Below, in pieces: positions 1 to 13,500 of a DNA stretch of 64,000 nucleotides. Within the stretch, counting starts at the first letter, position 1. The number at the start of each line of letters is the position of its first letter. The DNA comes from Lama glama (Eukaryota). The notes beneath the pieces were generated by a model, which saw nothing but the letters and a program-made list of their open reading frames with translations, made no database searches and was not told where the DNA came from. The stretch lies in the NCBI GenBank assembly GCA_028534125.1, contig CM052816.1:8930001-8994000 (forward strand), written 5' to 3'. The position numbers and the translations under genes were made by a program.

Positions 1-889
1 ATTCCTAACATGGGACCTTGATTTCTAAGTGTTTTCCTTTCAACTGCGTTGTAATCATAAAAGTCCAAACAGACAAAGGAGGGAGCTGAGTGAGTCTGGG
101 AGAAGCACATGGGAAGTGAGGAGCTGCCTAGTCCTGGTAGCTTTGTTTCTGTAGCCTGGAAGCAACTGGCAGGCAGCAGGTGGTCTAAAGCATGAGCCCT
201 GGGGGGAAAGTTCAGCTTGCAGCATTAAGGGGCAAGAACCCTTCCTTGACCTGAGCAGTTACCATTGTGCGGGGCAGTTAACGCACATCATCTCATTTAG
301 TCCTCACAAACTGCACGAGTATTTCTGTCTGTGTGCTACGAGGGACGGAAGCTCAGATAAGTGAGGTCACCCAGCCAGTAAGTGGTGAGGCCAGGCCGTC
401 TGACTTCAAAGGTTGCACCCCTGTACCTGAGTCCTCCATCAGAGGACTTGGGCTCAGAGCAAGGGGGGCCAGACTGGGGCAGGGAAGAGGTGAACCCCCT
501 TATTGTAGGGCTGGAATCCTGCTCGGTGGGTCTTTCTCCACTGGGCCTGTTGAACATTACAGCCCTAACTGAAGATTACAGAAAAGAAAAACAAGTGACT
601 CAAAGCACATAGCTGACTTAACAGCAGGATGCTATCCCAGGAAGAAACTTACACATCATGGTTGCAGGAAAGCTTTCAGCCAGCCCTTAGCTCTTCAAAG
701 ACAATCCAAGACTCTGCCCAAAATCTCACTTTCAGGTGTGATGAATATACATGTGTCTTTGATGGCTTCTTCGTCTTTAACTCCAGAGAATTCAAACCAC
801 AGGGATTTAACCCATCAAATAATTTAATTTGGGGAGAAATCATATGCATATAATGGTATAATGCTTATGACAAATGGTCATACCCTCTC

Positions 890-1020
890 CCAGGGGGTTT
901 GCTGGAAAAGCAGATTCCTGGACCTCCTTTCTGGAGAATCTGATTCAGTAGGCCTTGTACTGGGACCCAGGAATCTGCATTTTAACAAGTACTCCAGTGA
1001 TTTCAAGGTTCAACCTCTGA
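890..1020. mobile_element. MER5A-like DNA transposon fragment
   Basis: gcagattcctgg...tctgattcagtagg...ccaggaatctgcattttaacaag. Confidence 0.65.
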
Positions 1021-1209
1021 AAAATACTCCACCAGAAGACATACTAGAGGCATGTCTGTGAACATAAAAAATGTGAGAAGACCTCCCTCACACATTAAAA
1101 TATTATCATTAGATATCCCCTTCTGAAATAACTGAGAGTCAAGGTGGGACTGAGAGCCCCTACAGCAGGTTGTAACTAGCTGGAATGTGGAGTCTTGTTT
1201 AGAAGAGCA

Positions 1210-1410
1210 CAGTGATTAAGGGCTTTGGGGCGAGACCCATGCGAATTGGAATTCTTGTGCTGCCACTTCTGAGCTGTACAAAGATGGGCACGTTAGAGAG
1301 CTCTGGCCTTGGTTTTCTCATCTGTCAAGTGAGAATAATAGGATCCCAACCTCCTAGGCTGGGAGAACTAGGTAAGGTCATGCTTGCAAAGCACTTTGTT
1401 TGGTGCTTTG
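1210..1410 (+). mobile_element. MIR SINE remnant (one of many; similar remnants near 6110-6300, 6600-6780, 11340-11415, 23990-24300, 48720-48910, 60030-60260)
   Basis: MIR core-like ctctggccttggttttctcatctgtcaagtgagaataata. Confidence 0.65.
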
Positions 1411-3819
1411 CCTGGAGCCAGCAGTCATCAAGGAGGCCATATTATTATTGTTGCTATTTCCTAATATTCCCCAGAACTAGTATTGATCAGATAGTATTTA
1501 GCAACAGATTTGCTATAGTTTTTTTTAAATAAGCTCTGTGAGGACCTGTTTCAATTTGTGTCTCATAGTAGATGCCCAATGAGAATTTATTCAGTAAACA
1601 CAGTAGTGATTGACCTTGTCTACCCTCTGAATTTAAAGATGTCAGAAATGAAGGTCTAAGAGGTTATTTGACTTAGCTATGGTCATACAACTAATTGAAG
1701 CCAGTGTTAAATTTACACAAAGCTTGATGCTTAGATGAGTCATAGAAGACTGGCTGAGAGCACAGGCTGGGCGTACCCAATCTGGGCCCCGCTCCCAGCT
1801 CTGCCATTTTCCACAGTGGGGAGTATCTTGACTTCCCTGAGCATCCAGTTCTTCATCTGCTAAGGAGGGGTAAAGCAGTAGCTGCTGAGCATGGTCACTG
1901 TGGAGATGAAATGAAGAGATGCATATAGTGCTCAGTGTACTTGGCAGTATTCTCTTCATGGGACCTCCCAGCAGATTCAGGTGCAGTGCTGGGCACAAGG
2001 GAGAGGGTAACTGGGGCAAGAGGATGTTGAGGGACTCTGCAAATCCTGCCGCATGGACTGTTCATGGCCCTGGGTCTGACACTGAGCTTGGGTGGTTATG
2101 GCAGTTGGAGGCAGTGGAGCCCCTTTCCTCAAAGTGCTCCCTTCCCAAGGACCCCCTCCATGATGGGTGAGGGGGCAGTATCTTTGAGTTGGAAAGGCAC
2201 TAATACAACCCAGAATCCTGTCCCTGCCACCCCGAGTCAGGAAAGATCTTATCCCCTTCACCAACTTCTCCCAGCTTCACTTCTGGTCCAGGTAATATCT
2301 GCTCTTGGCGGGCATCAGGACAGGGCTCTCTTTTACGTCTAGAATTTATTTAGAACAATGAACACATTTCATTGTTTTTTTTTTTCTTTTTTGGTTTAGT
2401 TGAGCCTTAGGGAGGTACAGTGAAGTCCAGTGAGGAAAAACCGGGAAGAAATGGTCTGATCGTTGTTTATAAGTCTTCAGTCTTTCACCAAGTGGAATAG
2501 ACAGGCACAGAAACCCAAGAGGGGTGATAGTTGTTCTCTGGGATGCAAAAAAGTTTGCCAAATAAAATTAGCAACCTACTTAAAATATATATCTAAGATT
2601 AGACCACTCTATGCTTATTGTTCCTGGTGAATACTTATCTAAGACTAAGATCAGTTTTCTTTCTGCTCCTCCACCCTCCTCACCTAACTGAAATCAACAT
2701 GAGATGGTAGAGAGCAGATATTTAAGCCCCACGTAAAAAGCACTGCCACTTGCTCCCAGGACCGTATCCCTGGTCTGCACCCCTGGTGCAACCTGAGTGA
2801 AACCTTTAAGCAAAAGGTTTTCATCACAGCCAGTGTGGGTTCTAGTGCAGGGGAGGTCAGATTTACTGAGAGATCTCAAAGGTAATAAGTCCAATTTCCA
2901 TGGCAAAAGAGAAGTGAATAATTCATCTTCAGGAAACCGTAGGAATAATAAACCATGTCTGGGCTCCTACCAAGTCAGTCCGTGGGCACTTTGACTTGTG
3001 ATCTCATTCCTGGGCACCTTTTAGTCTTTGGACTTTACAAAAATGCTTGGAAACAGCTTGCAAGTTGCAATTTCATTAAATGCAAAGCTGAAGGAGGAAA
3101 CCAATTTCTCTTTTCCCCACCTCACCACTTGACAAGCTTCTTTAGAACAAAGATAACTCATCCCTCTTTGTTATCAAAGTCAGAGAAAATGCAACCAGCA
3201 TGATTAAAAATGGAAAACATGAAGAATTGTCAGAATGTGGTTTTATGAAGGGTCTGCAGTTTTCCTTTTGGTTTACTCAAATTTCCTTTCTCATTTCCAA
3301 ACAACAAAATAACCCATTTCCATCTCATAAAGACTCCTGACCTGGAGAAAGAACCAGTACATTACTTAAAAAATTTTTGATCGTGGTTTTATAGATGATT
3401 TTCAGCATACTGTGTTTTAACAAGCTATCACATTAATGAAGTGTGGCATTATAGCAGTGGAAAGAAAAGCAGTACACCTAGCAGATGCGGCCTCAGTGCT
3501 TAGGTAGGGGGAGGGAAAGAAAGAGGAACGTTTTCTGTGGCCTTCAATCCCACAGGCCCTTCCAGACATACCTCCCTCCAAGCTGCTTTCATATTCCATT
3601 CCTTAACCAGTTAACCCAGGCTATATACTGTTCCCTCTGCCTGTCAGAATTCCCGTCTCCTACCAACCAGTAATGCCCCCCTTCAGCTCTCAACTCGCTC
3701 TTGACTTCCTCAGGGAAACCTTCCCTGTCCTCTCGACCACATACATTCCCTCTATTTTATACTGTCATAGCTTCACTGTCCCTGTGGTGCTTATCATAAT
3801 GAAATGTTAGACTTTTCAC

Positions 3820-3950
3820 TGGCCCCCCGGATCCATGGATGCAAAACTGGTGGCTGCAGAACCCTTGGCGTGCAAATGCCGACGGTGAGAGGCTTGAGCA
3901 CCTGCGATTTTGGTATCTGTGAGGGTCCTAGAACCAATTCCCTGTGGTTT
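3820..3950. mobile_element. MER2/Tigger-like DNA transposon fragment
   Basis: gattttggtatctgtgagggtcctagaaccaattccctgtgg resembles the MER2 terminus. Confidence 0.55.
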
Positions 3951-6900
3951 CCCCAATTTGAGCCTTAACTCCCTGAGGGCAGGAATAGTGCCAGCTTTTG
4001 CTACTGCCTAACTGAGTAACTGCTTTAAGTATTTGTGGAATGAGTGAATGCTTGAAGCAAACTTACGAGTTATAAGGTCTAATAGCTAGTTAATGTGATT
4101 TTAAAACCAAGCCTGTCCTTATAGTGCTGCAAGATGGTAAGAAGATGCTTGAAAAAAAGAAGAAAAAAAAGATAACAGAAAGCTCCAGGGAACAAGAGAG
4201 AGCAGAAGCCCAATTTCTCATGTGGCTAAGCTTCCCAAACCCTATTTGGTCAAACTTGTATCCCTCATATGACTATGGCTGCCAACTGGTTTAGTGATGT
4301 GCATTTTGTAGTTGGTGAATTTTAATCCTAACATATAAATTGGGAAATAAATAATAACCAACTTATATGAGCAGCCTAAACTACTTGAGTTCAGGTCTTG
4401 TTCTCCATTTTCTAGCTGTGCATCTTTGGGACACTTATGTAACTGCCCAACGTCTTATGTACATCACTGGTGACCTGTGAGCATATCTGCCTCACCAGTG
4501 GGAATGGGCCCTACCACATGAGAATGTGCCTAAAACAGTATCAGGCACACGGTAATTACTCAATAAATGTTAGCTATTTACATTACTCTTCCTTTACTAT
4601 TACATGTCATACCCTGCTTTAAGAGATTTATGTGTATTATTTACATAATTTAGTTTAGTGAAGTTCATAATTTTATTCTTACAGGCGTGGGAACTGAAGA
4701 TTGCAAAATGGGAAGAATACTGCTCCCAGTGCTCCTTCAGGATGCTGCTTCCATCTATGTTAAGCCCTGGGTTAACTCCGCAGAAAGGTCCCCAGCAATA
4801 CAGGTGAGGTGGGTAGAACTGCTCTTTCACTCCTTGGGTACAGAAATGTCTCCTTCCCATGCCCACAGTCTATTCCAAGTTGTTGCAATCTACCCATCTG
4901 GGGCCATTGGGATGCTTCACTTCCTTCTCTGAATATATAAGCACTTCTCTCTGAGTCCAAGTGAAGGCCAAACAGTGGCCAGGACGTTGGAGGGGACAGT
5001 ACGATTTGGTCTAGCACTGGTGATCACTAAAACAAACACTTCCTGTTGTCCCAGAGCACACAGGGAAGACCACGGTTCATGTGGGCTGGAAAAGAATAAA
5101 AAAGGAGCAGCAAAGAAACCCAGCTGCAAAGCCAGTGCCTTGTGCTGACTGCTTTCCAGGAGTTAAATATAGCTCCTGTGTGAGGGAGGCAGTGGGGGCA
5201 AGGTCACCTTGAAAGGCTTTTGTGTGTGTTAATTACAGCTTATGCAGGAAACTGAATATCCTTTATGCTGAAGAGAATTGTATGAGTTTGACTCCCTGGA
5301 ACAGAAACAGAATCCCAAGGAAGGGAGGTGGTAAAGAAGAGTGGAAGATTTGGTAGGAGAGGATCTGGTTTGGATTCTAATTCTTTCTACTTGCTAGTGT
5401 GGAATCTGGGGCAAGTCATTTAGCCTCTCTGAACATCATTTCCTTCTATAAGAAGGGATTTAGAACCCTCATGTGCAGGTTTGTGGGAGGGGAAATGGAG
5501 AATGGCTGGGAAAGCGTTTGTAAACTGTGGGGATTCTTACTGGGGATGGACACGTTTCTCTGTAGCAGAATTCTCTGCTGTACTCTTGTTTCAGGAAGAC
5601 AGAGTGGCAAGAGGTCAGGGAGGAAGCAGGTCAGTAGGGAAGCAGGTTGTGGGGATGTTTCAGGGTGACTCACTTCCTGGGAGTCAGGCCAGGGTGCCAG
5701 GCTCAGGGAAGCCCTGCATCTTAGTGGCCTTTTGAGCAGGTCCTGCCCAGGTCCTGTCATCCACCAGGAGAGCTCTTGTTCTGGGCACATTGTTTCTCAG
5801 CCCTGGACGGCTAGGGAAGCTGCAGCTCTCTCTCATCAAGACATTTCCACACAGGAGTGGGTGGGGTAAGCCACTGACTTCCGAGGAAATAACTTGTGGC
5901 CATGGGACTGGGCTCTCCCAGAATTGTTCCTTTGTCTGCAGATTCCTCCCTGTTTAGCTGACAAAGGAAATGGTTCCAGGAGGAAGTGGAAAACTGTGAC
6001 ACACACATGCTCACCCCTCACACACAAGATGGCAGCTGCTTCCGTTTGTGGTAGTCCCTGCCATCTCCTTACCAAAAGAAGTGGCCTGGGATACCTGATA
6101 CAAAAGCAGGTAGTATTTTTGAGCTCTTAAGTGATCCTAAGCATTGTGTGTGGATTACCTCATTTAATTTTCATAATGGCTTAGTGAGGTAGTTATTGTT
6201 CTTTACCCTCTATTTTACACCTGAACCATGTGAGGCTCAGAGAGGCACAGTCATTTGTCTAAAGGCACACAGCTAGCAGAACCAAGACTCAAAGCTAGAC
6301 ACTAACTCTAGGGCCTAAACTTATATTTGCTGCATCGTAATTCCTTCTGGCTGCCTTCTTCTAACAGAGGTTCCCTACCCGCAAAGCTTGCTGGAACCAG
6401 CAGTGAGCCCCTCATGACCATTCCCTACTGGTGACCATTCCTAGGATGGGCTCTTGGCCTGAGGCCTGAGGAACATAGCATGTATTTATCTTTATTCTGT
6501 TCAATGGAGTTTTAAAAAATTATCATTGTTTACTATTTCTTACCTAGTCTCAATATCTGAGGCCCCACTTGTAGTGTTTCCGTTGCATGGCTTGTTCTCC
6601 AACTACTGCACACTATTAGCTGTGTGACCCTGGGCAAGTTACTTCACTTGTCTGTGTCTCTTCATCAGAATAATGGGGATAGTAATAATACCTACACCTT
6701 ACAGAGTTGTCATAAGGGTCCAGTGAGATGTTATGCGGACTGCTTAGAACAGTTCCTGACACATACCAAATTGACTGCTGTTATTAAAATTTCCTCTGCT
6801 CTCCAGGTAGTGCCCTCTTATCCTTTGAGAGTTGGTTTAGAGGCCACTTCCTCCAGGAGGCCTGTCCTGCTCTCCTGGACAGGTGAAGTCACCCTGTTAT

Positions 6901-8155
6901 ACCCTCCAGAGCAGACAGTTTATTCACTGTCCTTCTCCATTAAAGTGTGAACCATGAGGGTGGAGATGAAGCCTGACTTAATATCTGCCACTGCTGCCCA
7001 GTGCCCAGCACATCCTGAGCACACAGCAGGTGCCTTGCAGAGGGATGAACTAATAGCCCAGAATTCAGAGGAGCAACCACAACTAGGGAGGGGGCTGTAA
7101 GTCCTGCCTATGACAATTGTCTCCAAGAGCAGAAGGGCTCATGGGGGTAGGGGAAAGGGAAGGTGAAGCAGACTTGTTCCCTGGGGCTCTGGAGGACAGA
7201 CCTGGACCAGTGGTGCCAGCTCCAAGACCACAACATTAGGTTCACTGTATACAGGAACTCTCCAGAAATCTGAACTAAGAAGAGAGGCAGATGCCTTTTC
7301 CAAGAGGGCCTGAGCCCAGGTGGAACAGCCTCTTGGCAGGAAGGTTGGGGTGCATTAGTACAGTGGGTAATTGTGACACGGGGTGACTGGGGCAAGAAAC
7401 ATGCAGAATCAAACCTGGGATTTGCCCTCCCAGCCCAGTGACCCCAAGAAGGTGACATCAGCTTTCTCATTTGTGAAGCAGAGATAATGAGAGCACTTAT
7501 CTCAGAATGTCATGATGACAGAAAGGGAGATAATTCATGAGGAGCTTTAAGCATGTATGAAACCTGCAAAGGTTGGCTATTACTACTGCTGTTGTTGCTG
7601 TTAGCAGTTACAGGGGATTCAAGCATCACCCAGAGGTTAGTCTGGACATTCTAGGTCAGAGGCTAAAGGTTAGTCTCAGAATGGCCACCCTGATTGCTGC
7701 CTGGATGGGAGGTCTAGGATTTTCCCTGTCTTCCTTCCTTCCCCTTGCCTGCAAAAGCCTTCCAGTACTAACCCTGGATTAGATTCTGGGCCAGGTACCC
7801 AGGAATGCAGCACACAGGGAGACCAGCCACCTGGGCAGGCTTTGGGAGGTGCCTAGGGTAATTCCTGCCTTCAGGGCTGGTGGGTAGGCTCAAGAAAATG
7901 ATGATTGAAGGTCCTGGGAATGAATGTCTTGAGTCTTAAGGAACCCCAGACAAATGTCTCCTTTGCTCTCCCATTAGATCAACAATTCTACACACTTAAC
8001 TCTATTTGCAAATGGACAAAATTTGAAGTTTTACATTTCCCTGTCCTTAATTTAAACATGAAGGTGAGTTAATCTTACACAGTTTGCTGTTCACTTGCAG
8101 TGTTTGCTGTGGCTCCTATCTGGTCACTTCCTTCCAATCTCTCCCTTTCTATTCT

Positions 8156-8282
8156 TTTTTTTTTTTTTTAAACTTAATTAATTTACTTTGGGGGTAATTT
8201 GGTTTATTTATTTATTTAATGGTGGAACTGGGGACCTCATGCATGCTAAGCATGCACTCTACCACTGAGCTATACCCCGCTC
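8156..8282 (-). mobile_element. tRNA-derived SINE (camelid vic-1-like), internally deleted, TSD TTTCTATTCT
   Basis: Reverse complement reads GGGGTATAGCTCAGTGGTAGAGTGCATGCTTAGCATGCATGAGGTCC with A-rich tail; 10-bp repeat at 8146-8155 and 8285-8294. Confidence 0.85.
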
Positions 8283-10305
8283 TTTTTCTATTCTGATGTG
8301 AGCTTTAATTTCCCCCAAATGGCAACATTTGCATAACCCCCTCCTGCTCACATCTCGTCAGTAGCTCCCCAGGGCCTAGGCACCAGTTTCTTTTGTGACA
8401 CAGATGGTAAAAGATCTTCCCATGCTCCCTGCACTCCCTGTGGTTTATCCTCATTCCCTCTGTAATTCCATCTCTTCCCAGGAATGGGTAGGCGAGAGGC
8501 GAGAGGGAAAGCGTCAGAGAACTTGGATTCTATTCTGATTTGTTAAGAAAGGTGATCATTTATAAATCCCTAATTTAAGCATTAGCTTTTTTGTTTGTTT
8601 GTTTTAATTGAATGCTTCCTGTGTGCTGAGTGCTTTCCTTGAATGAATCCAATTATCCCCCAGAGGTAGACAGGAGATTATTATCTCCCTTTCTGGTTGA
8701 AGAAACTGAGACACAGGATTAAGTGGAAGGAGTAGAGCTGGGATTCAAATGCTGGCAACCTGACACTGCCGCCAGCGCTCTCAGCTCCCACGTTATGCTG
8801 CCTCTATTATTAGTTACCAGTCACACTCTCAGTTAGGGCTCTGGAGGATAAGGCCCTGCTCGAGGCTGCATTTTACCTCTGCCTGCTTCTCTGGGCTGTA
8901 AACACACTGACCAATTTGTGCCCTGAGCACAGTTTCTGTGCCTCTCTTCTTTCTGCTCTGTTTTCTCCACCTAGAATACCATTCCCCCAGTGTTCCTGAG
9001 GTTCTTGGCTAGAAAGTGTCCCTTGAGTCTTCTGGGCCTTCATATATTCTCTTTGATGGACACTGACCAGATATGACCCCATGTAACAGGCACTGGTGAC
9101 AGAGTCTCACTTTCTCTGCCTCAGTAGGAGACTTGGGGTGCAGGGACCCTGAGCTACCCCTCCGCAGCCCTTTAGAGCTACAGATGGTTGCTGGCTGGAG
9201 GTGAGGAAATGCTGTCAGTCCCCCCAGCTTCCCAGCACTCTCCTAGATCAGTTTTCTTTTTGGTTCAAGTGGAGCTAAAAAAAAAAATCCCCTTTGGTTT
9301 CATATCAGCTGGATTTGCTCTCAGTAAATCCTTCAACAAGAATGGGCAGGGAGAATAAACATTTATTCTACAGATGAATAAATCTGATTCCATCTTCAAA
9401 AGAAAGCCTTAGTATAAATTATCATAATTTCTCCATTCTAAGATTTCACTGATTTAAAGATGTTTTATTGAGTAAATAACAGCTTTTTGGAAAAAAAAAA
9501 CAGAAAAATGAACAGATCAATGTATCAAATTTAAGATATGTTCTGATTTTTAAAATGTCATAGTATCAGTGAAATATTTTTAAAAATTTTGCCCAATTCA
9601 ATTTTTTTTTCTTTTGATTCTGGTGGTTTTAGAAAAAGGGCTCCCAAGCCTTGACTAAACCCCTGCGAAGCATGGGCAGGTGTCAGCAGTGTCCCAGCCC
9701 TGAACCCCTGGGCTTGCTGGGTCAGCAAGGGCATGTCAGGCTACTCACACGCCAGTGGCAGCCCTGAGGCCCCCAAGGCCAGTGGACAGGTTTTCTCCCC
9801 ATCTGAACTATGTCTGTGCTCTACTGATACCTCATGACCATGTTAGTGGTTCTGGGGAAAGCCAACTGGGAGTCCATCATATGACCTTAGGCAAGATACC
9901 ACCCCCGTCTTGAGCCTCAGTTTCCCCAGTTGTAAAGTGAGGGGCGTAGGATGAGACAGGTGACTTTCAAATGCTCTTCAGATGGAGCTGTGGGATCTGG
10001 GAGGCTTCCTTAGGGGCTGCCTTGGGAGTAGCAAGATGGAATGGGCTGTGCTTAGCATTCTCTTTCCCACTTCCCCCAAAGCAGTGCTCTGTTACTTAAG
10101 ATTTTGTTTGCAAAAGGATTCTGGGGCTAAAAGTAGTTTGAAAAACACTGGTAAATGGCATTCTGGAGTCTTTCCAACGTTAGTCTTGAATACATATTCT
10201 TGTATCATCTAAGGACAGTGCTTCATTCCTCAGCCTGGACACACCCTCAGAATCCTTCTCACCAGTGCTCCAGGCAGACACTCCCAAACTCCCTACAGTC
10301 TAATC

Positions 10306-10531
10306 CAGGGGTTGGCAGACTTTTTGTGTACAGGACCAGATAGTACATATTTTAGGCTTTTAAGGTCACATATGGGCCACTGTTGCAACTACTCAGCTCT
10401 GCCCTTGTAGTAAGAAAGCAGCCATAGACAATACATAGTGAATGGGCATGGCTGTGTGCCAGTAAAATTTTATTTACAAAAAGAGTTAGTGGACTGGATT
10501 TGGTCTACCAGCTGAGGTGTACTGATCCCTG
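10306..10531 (+). mobile_element. MER58A-like hAT-Charlie MITE
   Basis: CAGGGGTTGGCA...GATCCCTG ends; core actactcagctctgcc...aaagcagccatagacaatac. Confidence 0.8.
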
Positions 10532-13500
10532 TACTATAATAAATACTTTGACCTGACAGGTGTAGAGACTGAAGCCCAAGGAAGGGATTCAAGGAACTGG
10601 GTTTGGTTGGGGTCCCCATCCCCTGGACTGTGAGCATGCGTCCACTACTCCACACTGCTCACTGAGCCATGACCCTTACCCTGATTTGGATCGTGGGGAT
10701 CTGGGACTACACATTTGAAGGAATGGTGCCTGGAAAAGACATGTGCCCCACTTCTCCCTCTCAGGAGATCAGTTTTCCCCTAGGTTCTTAGAGGGCTATA
10801 AAAAGCCCCTAAGCTTGCCTCCTGCGGGACGTGCTGTCGATAAATTCCCCAGAGCTGGAATGATTGCAATGTGTGCCACATTCTGCCCCCCATGCAGCCT
10901 GACAGCTGTGCAGGGAGAAGTATCAGGCCCGGCCAGCTCTGCACCTCCACCCCTACTTGGGGTGTGGCTGGGATTCCCCAAATGGAATTTTAGATGGAGG
11001 ACAAACCCTGCTTGGCCCTCCTGGGGCAGGCTCTCTGCCAGTTCCAAGAGGATGAGTGCTTCTTGAATTCTAAACACCAGAACCCCAAGGGCCACAGTGG
11101 GAGGAGTGTGAAGGGTAAGAAACAGAATCTCACACCAGCTGCCTGGCCATCCATTCATTGATGGAGGATGTCTGTCCTGGACTTGTTCAGGTCCTCTTTC
11201 CCTCCCCTGCTTCCCACCTTGAAGTCTTTACCTAGTAAGTACTTGTAGCTTATCTAGCATAGCAAGTCCTTCATTCAACTGGCCTGGGAATGCCCCTCTA
11301 GCATTCTTGGAGAAGCCGTGGAGAGCAGTGGTAAAGAACTCGGGTTTGGAGGTGGGCAGGGCTGGGTAAATAAATCGACCTTTCTAAGCCTTAGTTTCTT
11401 CACCTGTAAAATGAGGATATTTTAAAAAATACATATACAACACATTTTAAATTATGTCCTAAAAATAAATTACAGTAAATATATTTAAAATGCAACACAT
11501 AGCAAAGTCATGATAAACATTCCCACTGAATTCCATTGTTGGGGTGAGACTGCAGGGCTCGAGGAAGATAAACATCACAAATATATCAAAAACTTCAAAT
11601 GGTCACGCATGCACACGCTCACATGGACCACAAACATGCCTTCACAGGGACTGTGCTTGCTTGTCTACCACAGAACCAGATTCTGCCATAAACTACAAAA
11701 CTTTTAATACAAAATTATATTTACATATTAATAATTTTTATGTATGTCCTAGCTGTGATTTTAGAAGATAAAGGCTACACACTGTACAGAAACTCTCAAC
11801 TCATAGCTGCTGGCAACATTTTTGGATAGAATTTCTCCTCCAGTAAAATTAGTGGCATATTTTATGTACATGAAGGTTAAACTGCATCAACTTTATGATT
11901 GTTGAGAGGATTAAATGGCTCAATGTCCATATGAAAACTGCCTGACTCCTGGTGAGTGCTCAGCTGGCACTTATCATTAAACATTTGCTGTGTGCTGGAC
12001 ACTAGAAATGAGATGTAGAGACAGTCTCAGATCACAGCCTTCCTTCATTTATACACATAATAGTACAATACAATCTTCTTAAAGTGGAGACCAAGGAGGG
12101 TGGTGGTAAGCCAAAGTCAGAAGGGAGTTCGGGGGAGGATGTGGCAGGTAGTTTTTGTGGAGATGAGCGGTCTCTTTCAGGGAGGGGGAATAGCAGAGTC
12201 ATCTTTTTGAATGTCACTTTTTGCATCTGTCCAGTGGGGAGAATGTCTCAGCTGACCACGTCACAAGTCTTTTGCCAGAGTTAAGAGAAGTCATAGAAGA
12301 GAAACTCAGGGCTGAAAGGGCCCCCAGAGAGAGGATTTTAGTTGTCAGTTCCCTGTTTGAATAGCCTTCCTATTATACAGGTTCCTTCTGGCCCAGAGTG
12401 ACACCCCCCTGCCCCGACCCCCTCAACCCGTGGACAACTGCTGAATGAGAGCATGTATGATTACCAGAGGTGGCCCAGGCTCCAAAGGAAGCACAGTGTG
12501 ATGCTCAACATCCCTAACACTAAGTGGAAATGGAGATTGGGAAAGATTGCCTTGAGGAAGTAATGTTTGAGCAGATCACTAAGGATGAACAGGAAGGAGT
12601 TAACCAGGTGAAGGTACAAAGGCCAGTGTGAGGAGAGCCTAAAGAAGGTGATGATAGGTAGGGCAGGGCCTTGTGGGCCACCACCAGGATTGTAGTCTGA
12701 TCCTAAGAACAATGAGAAACCACTCAAGAGTTTAAGCATCATCAGATCTATAATTTTAAATAACTGTCTTTAATTGTATCAGGCCGTCTTCTCCAGTTCC
12801 ATCAACAAGCATAGATAATTCATAAGTCCCATTAAAAGCTATGATATATATTTGCATACAAGATGAATGCTTTAGGTTAAAATATCCACTCCTACAAGCC
12901 CTGTTCTCTATAGTTTGCAAAAGGGTCATGCCTATGGAAAGCTCTTGAATATTGAGTAACAGCTGTTTTAACCTGTATATTACTGGGCTCCCCATAGGAG
13001 CCATTCTGTGGCTCCCTTGATCTGTGGCCACTCAACCTCTGTTTCATCATGTTCCTAGGCGACTCCAGCTCTGTCACTGAATAGCTCTTTTCATTTGTAC
13101 GCTTCTCCCAGATTGAGCCCCAGTTGGCCTCTGTTTAACCTCTTGTACAGCCTTCTGAGAGTCTTTCTATTACCTCTTGTACAGGACAGCTAGTTTGAGA
13201 ACTGATCCCGTGTCCTCCCTTCAAATTTAGTCTTGTTCACAAACAGCCCCATTTCCTTCAGTAGCTCTCCGTGGGTTGTGTCGTTAACAGAAAAAGAGAA
13301 ACAGGAAGGATGATCTGATTTGGTGGTGAATGAGTTCAAAATTGGGTCACTTGGAGGTTGAGTTGACTTCCAAATGGAAATGTACCACAGGCAGCAGCCA
13401 GTGCAGGAGTGGAGCTCCACTCATGGCTGAAAATGGACATTGAGAGCAGCCCTTATACAGGGGCTTGGTTCTCTGCAGGAGTGAGTGTAGAGAGGGCTGA

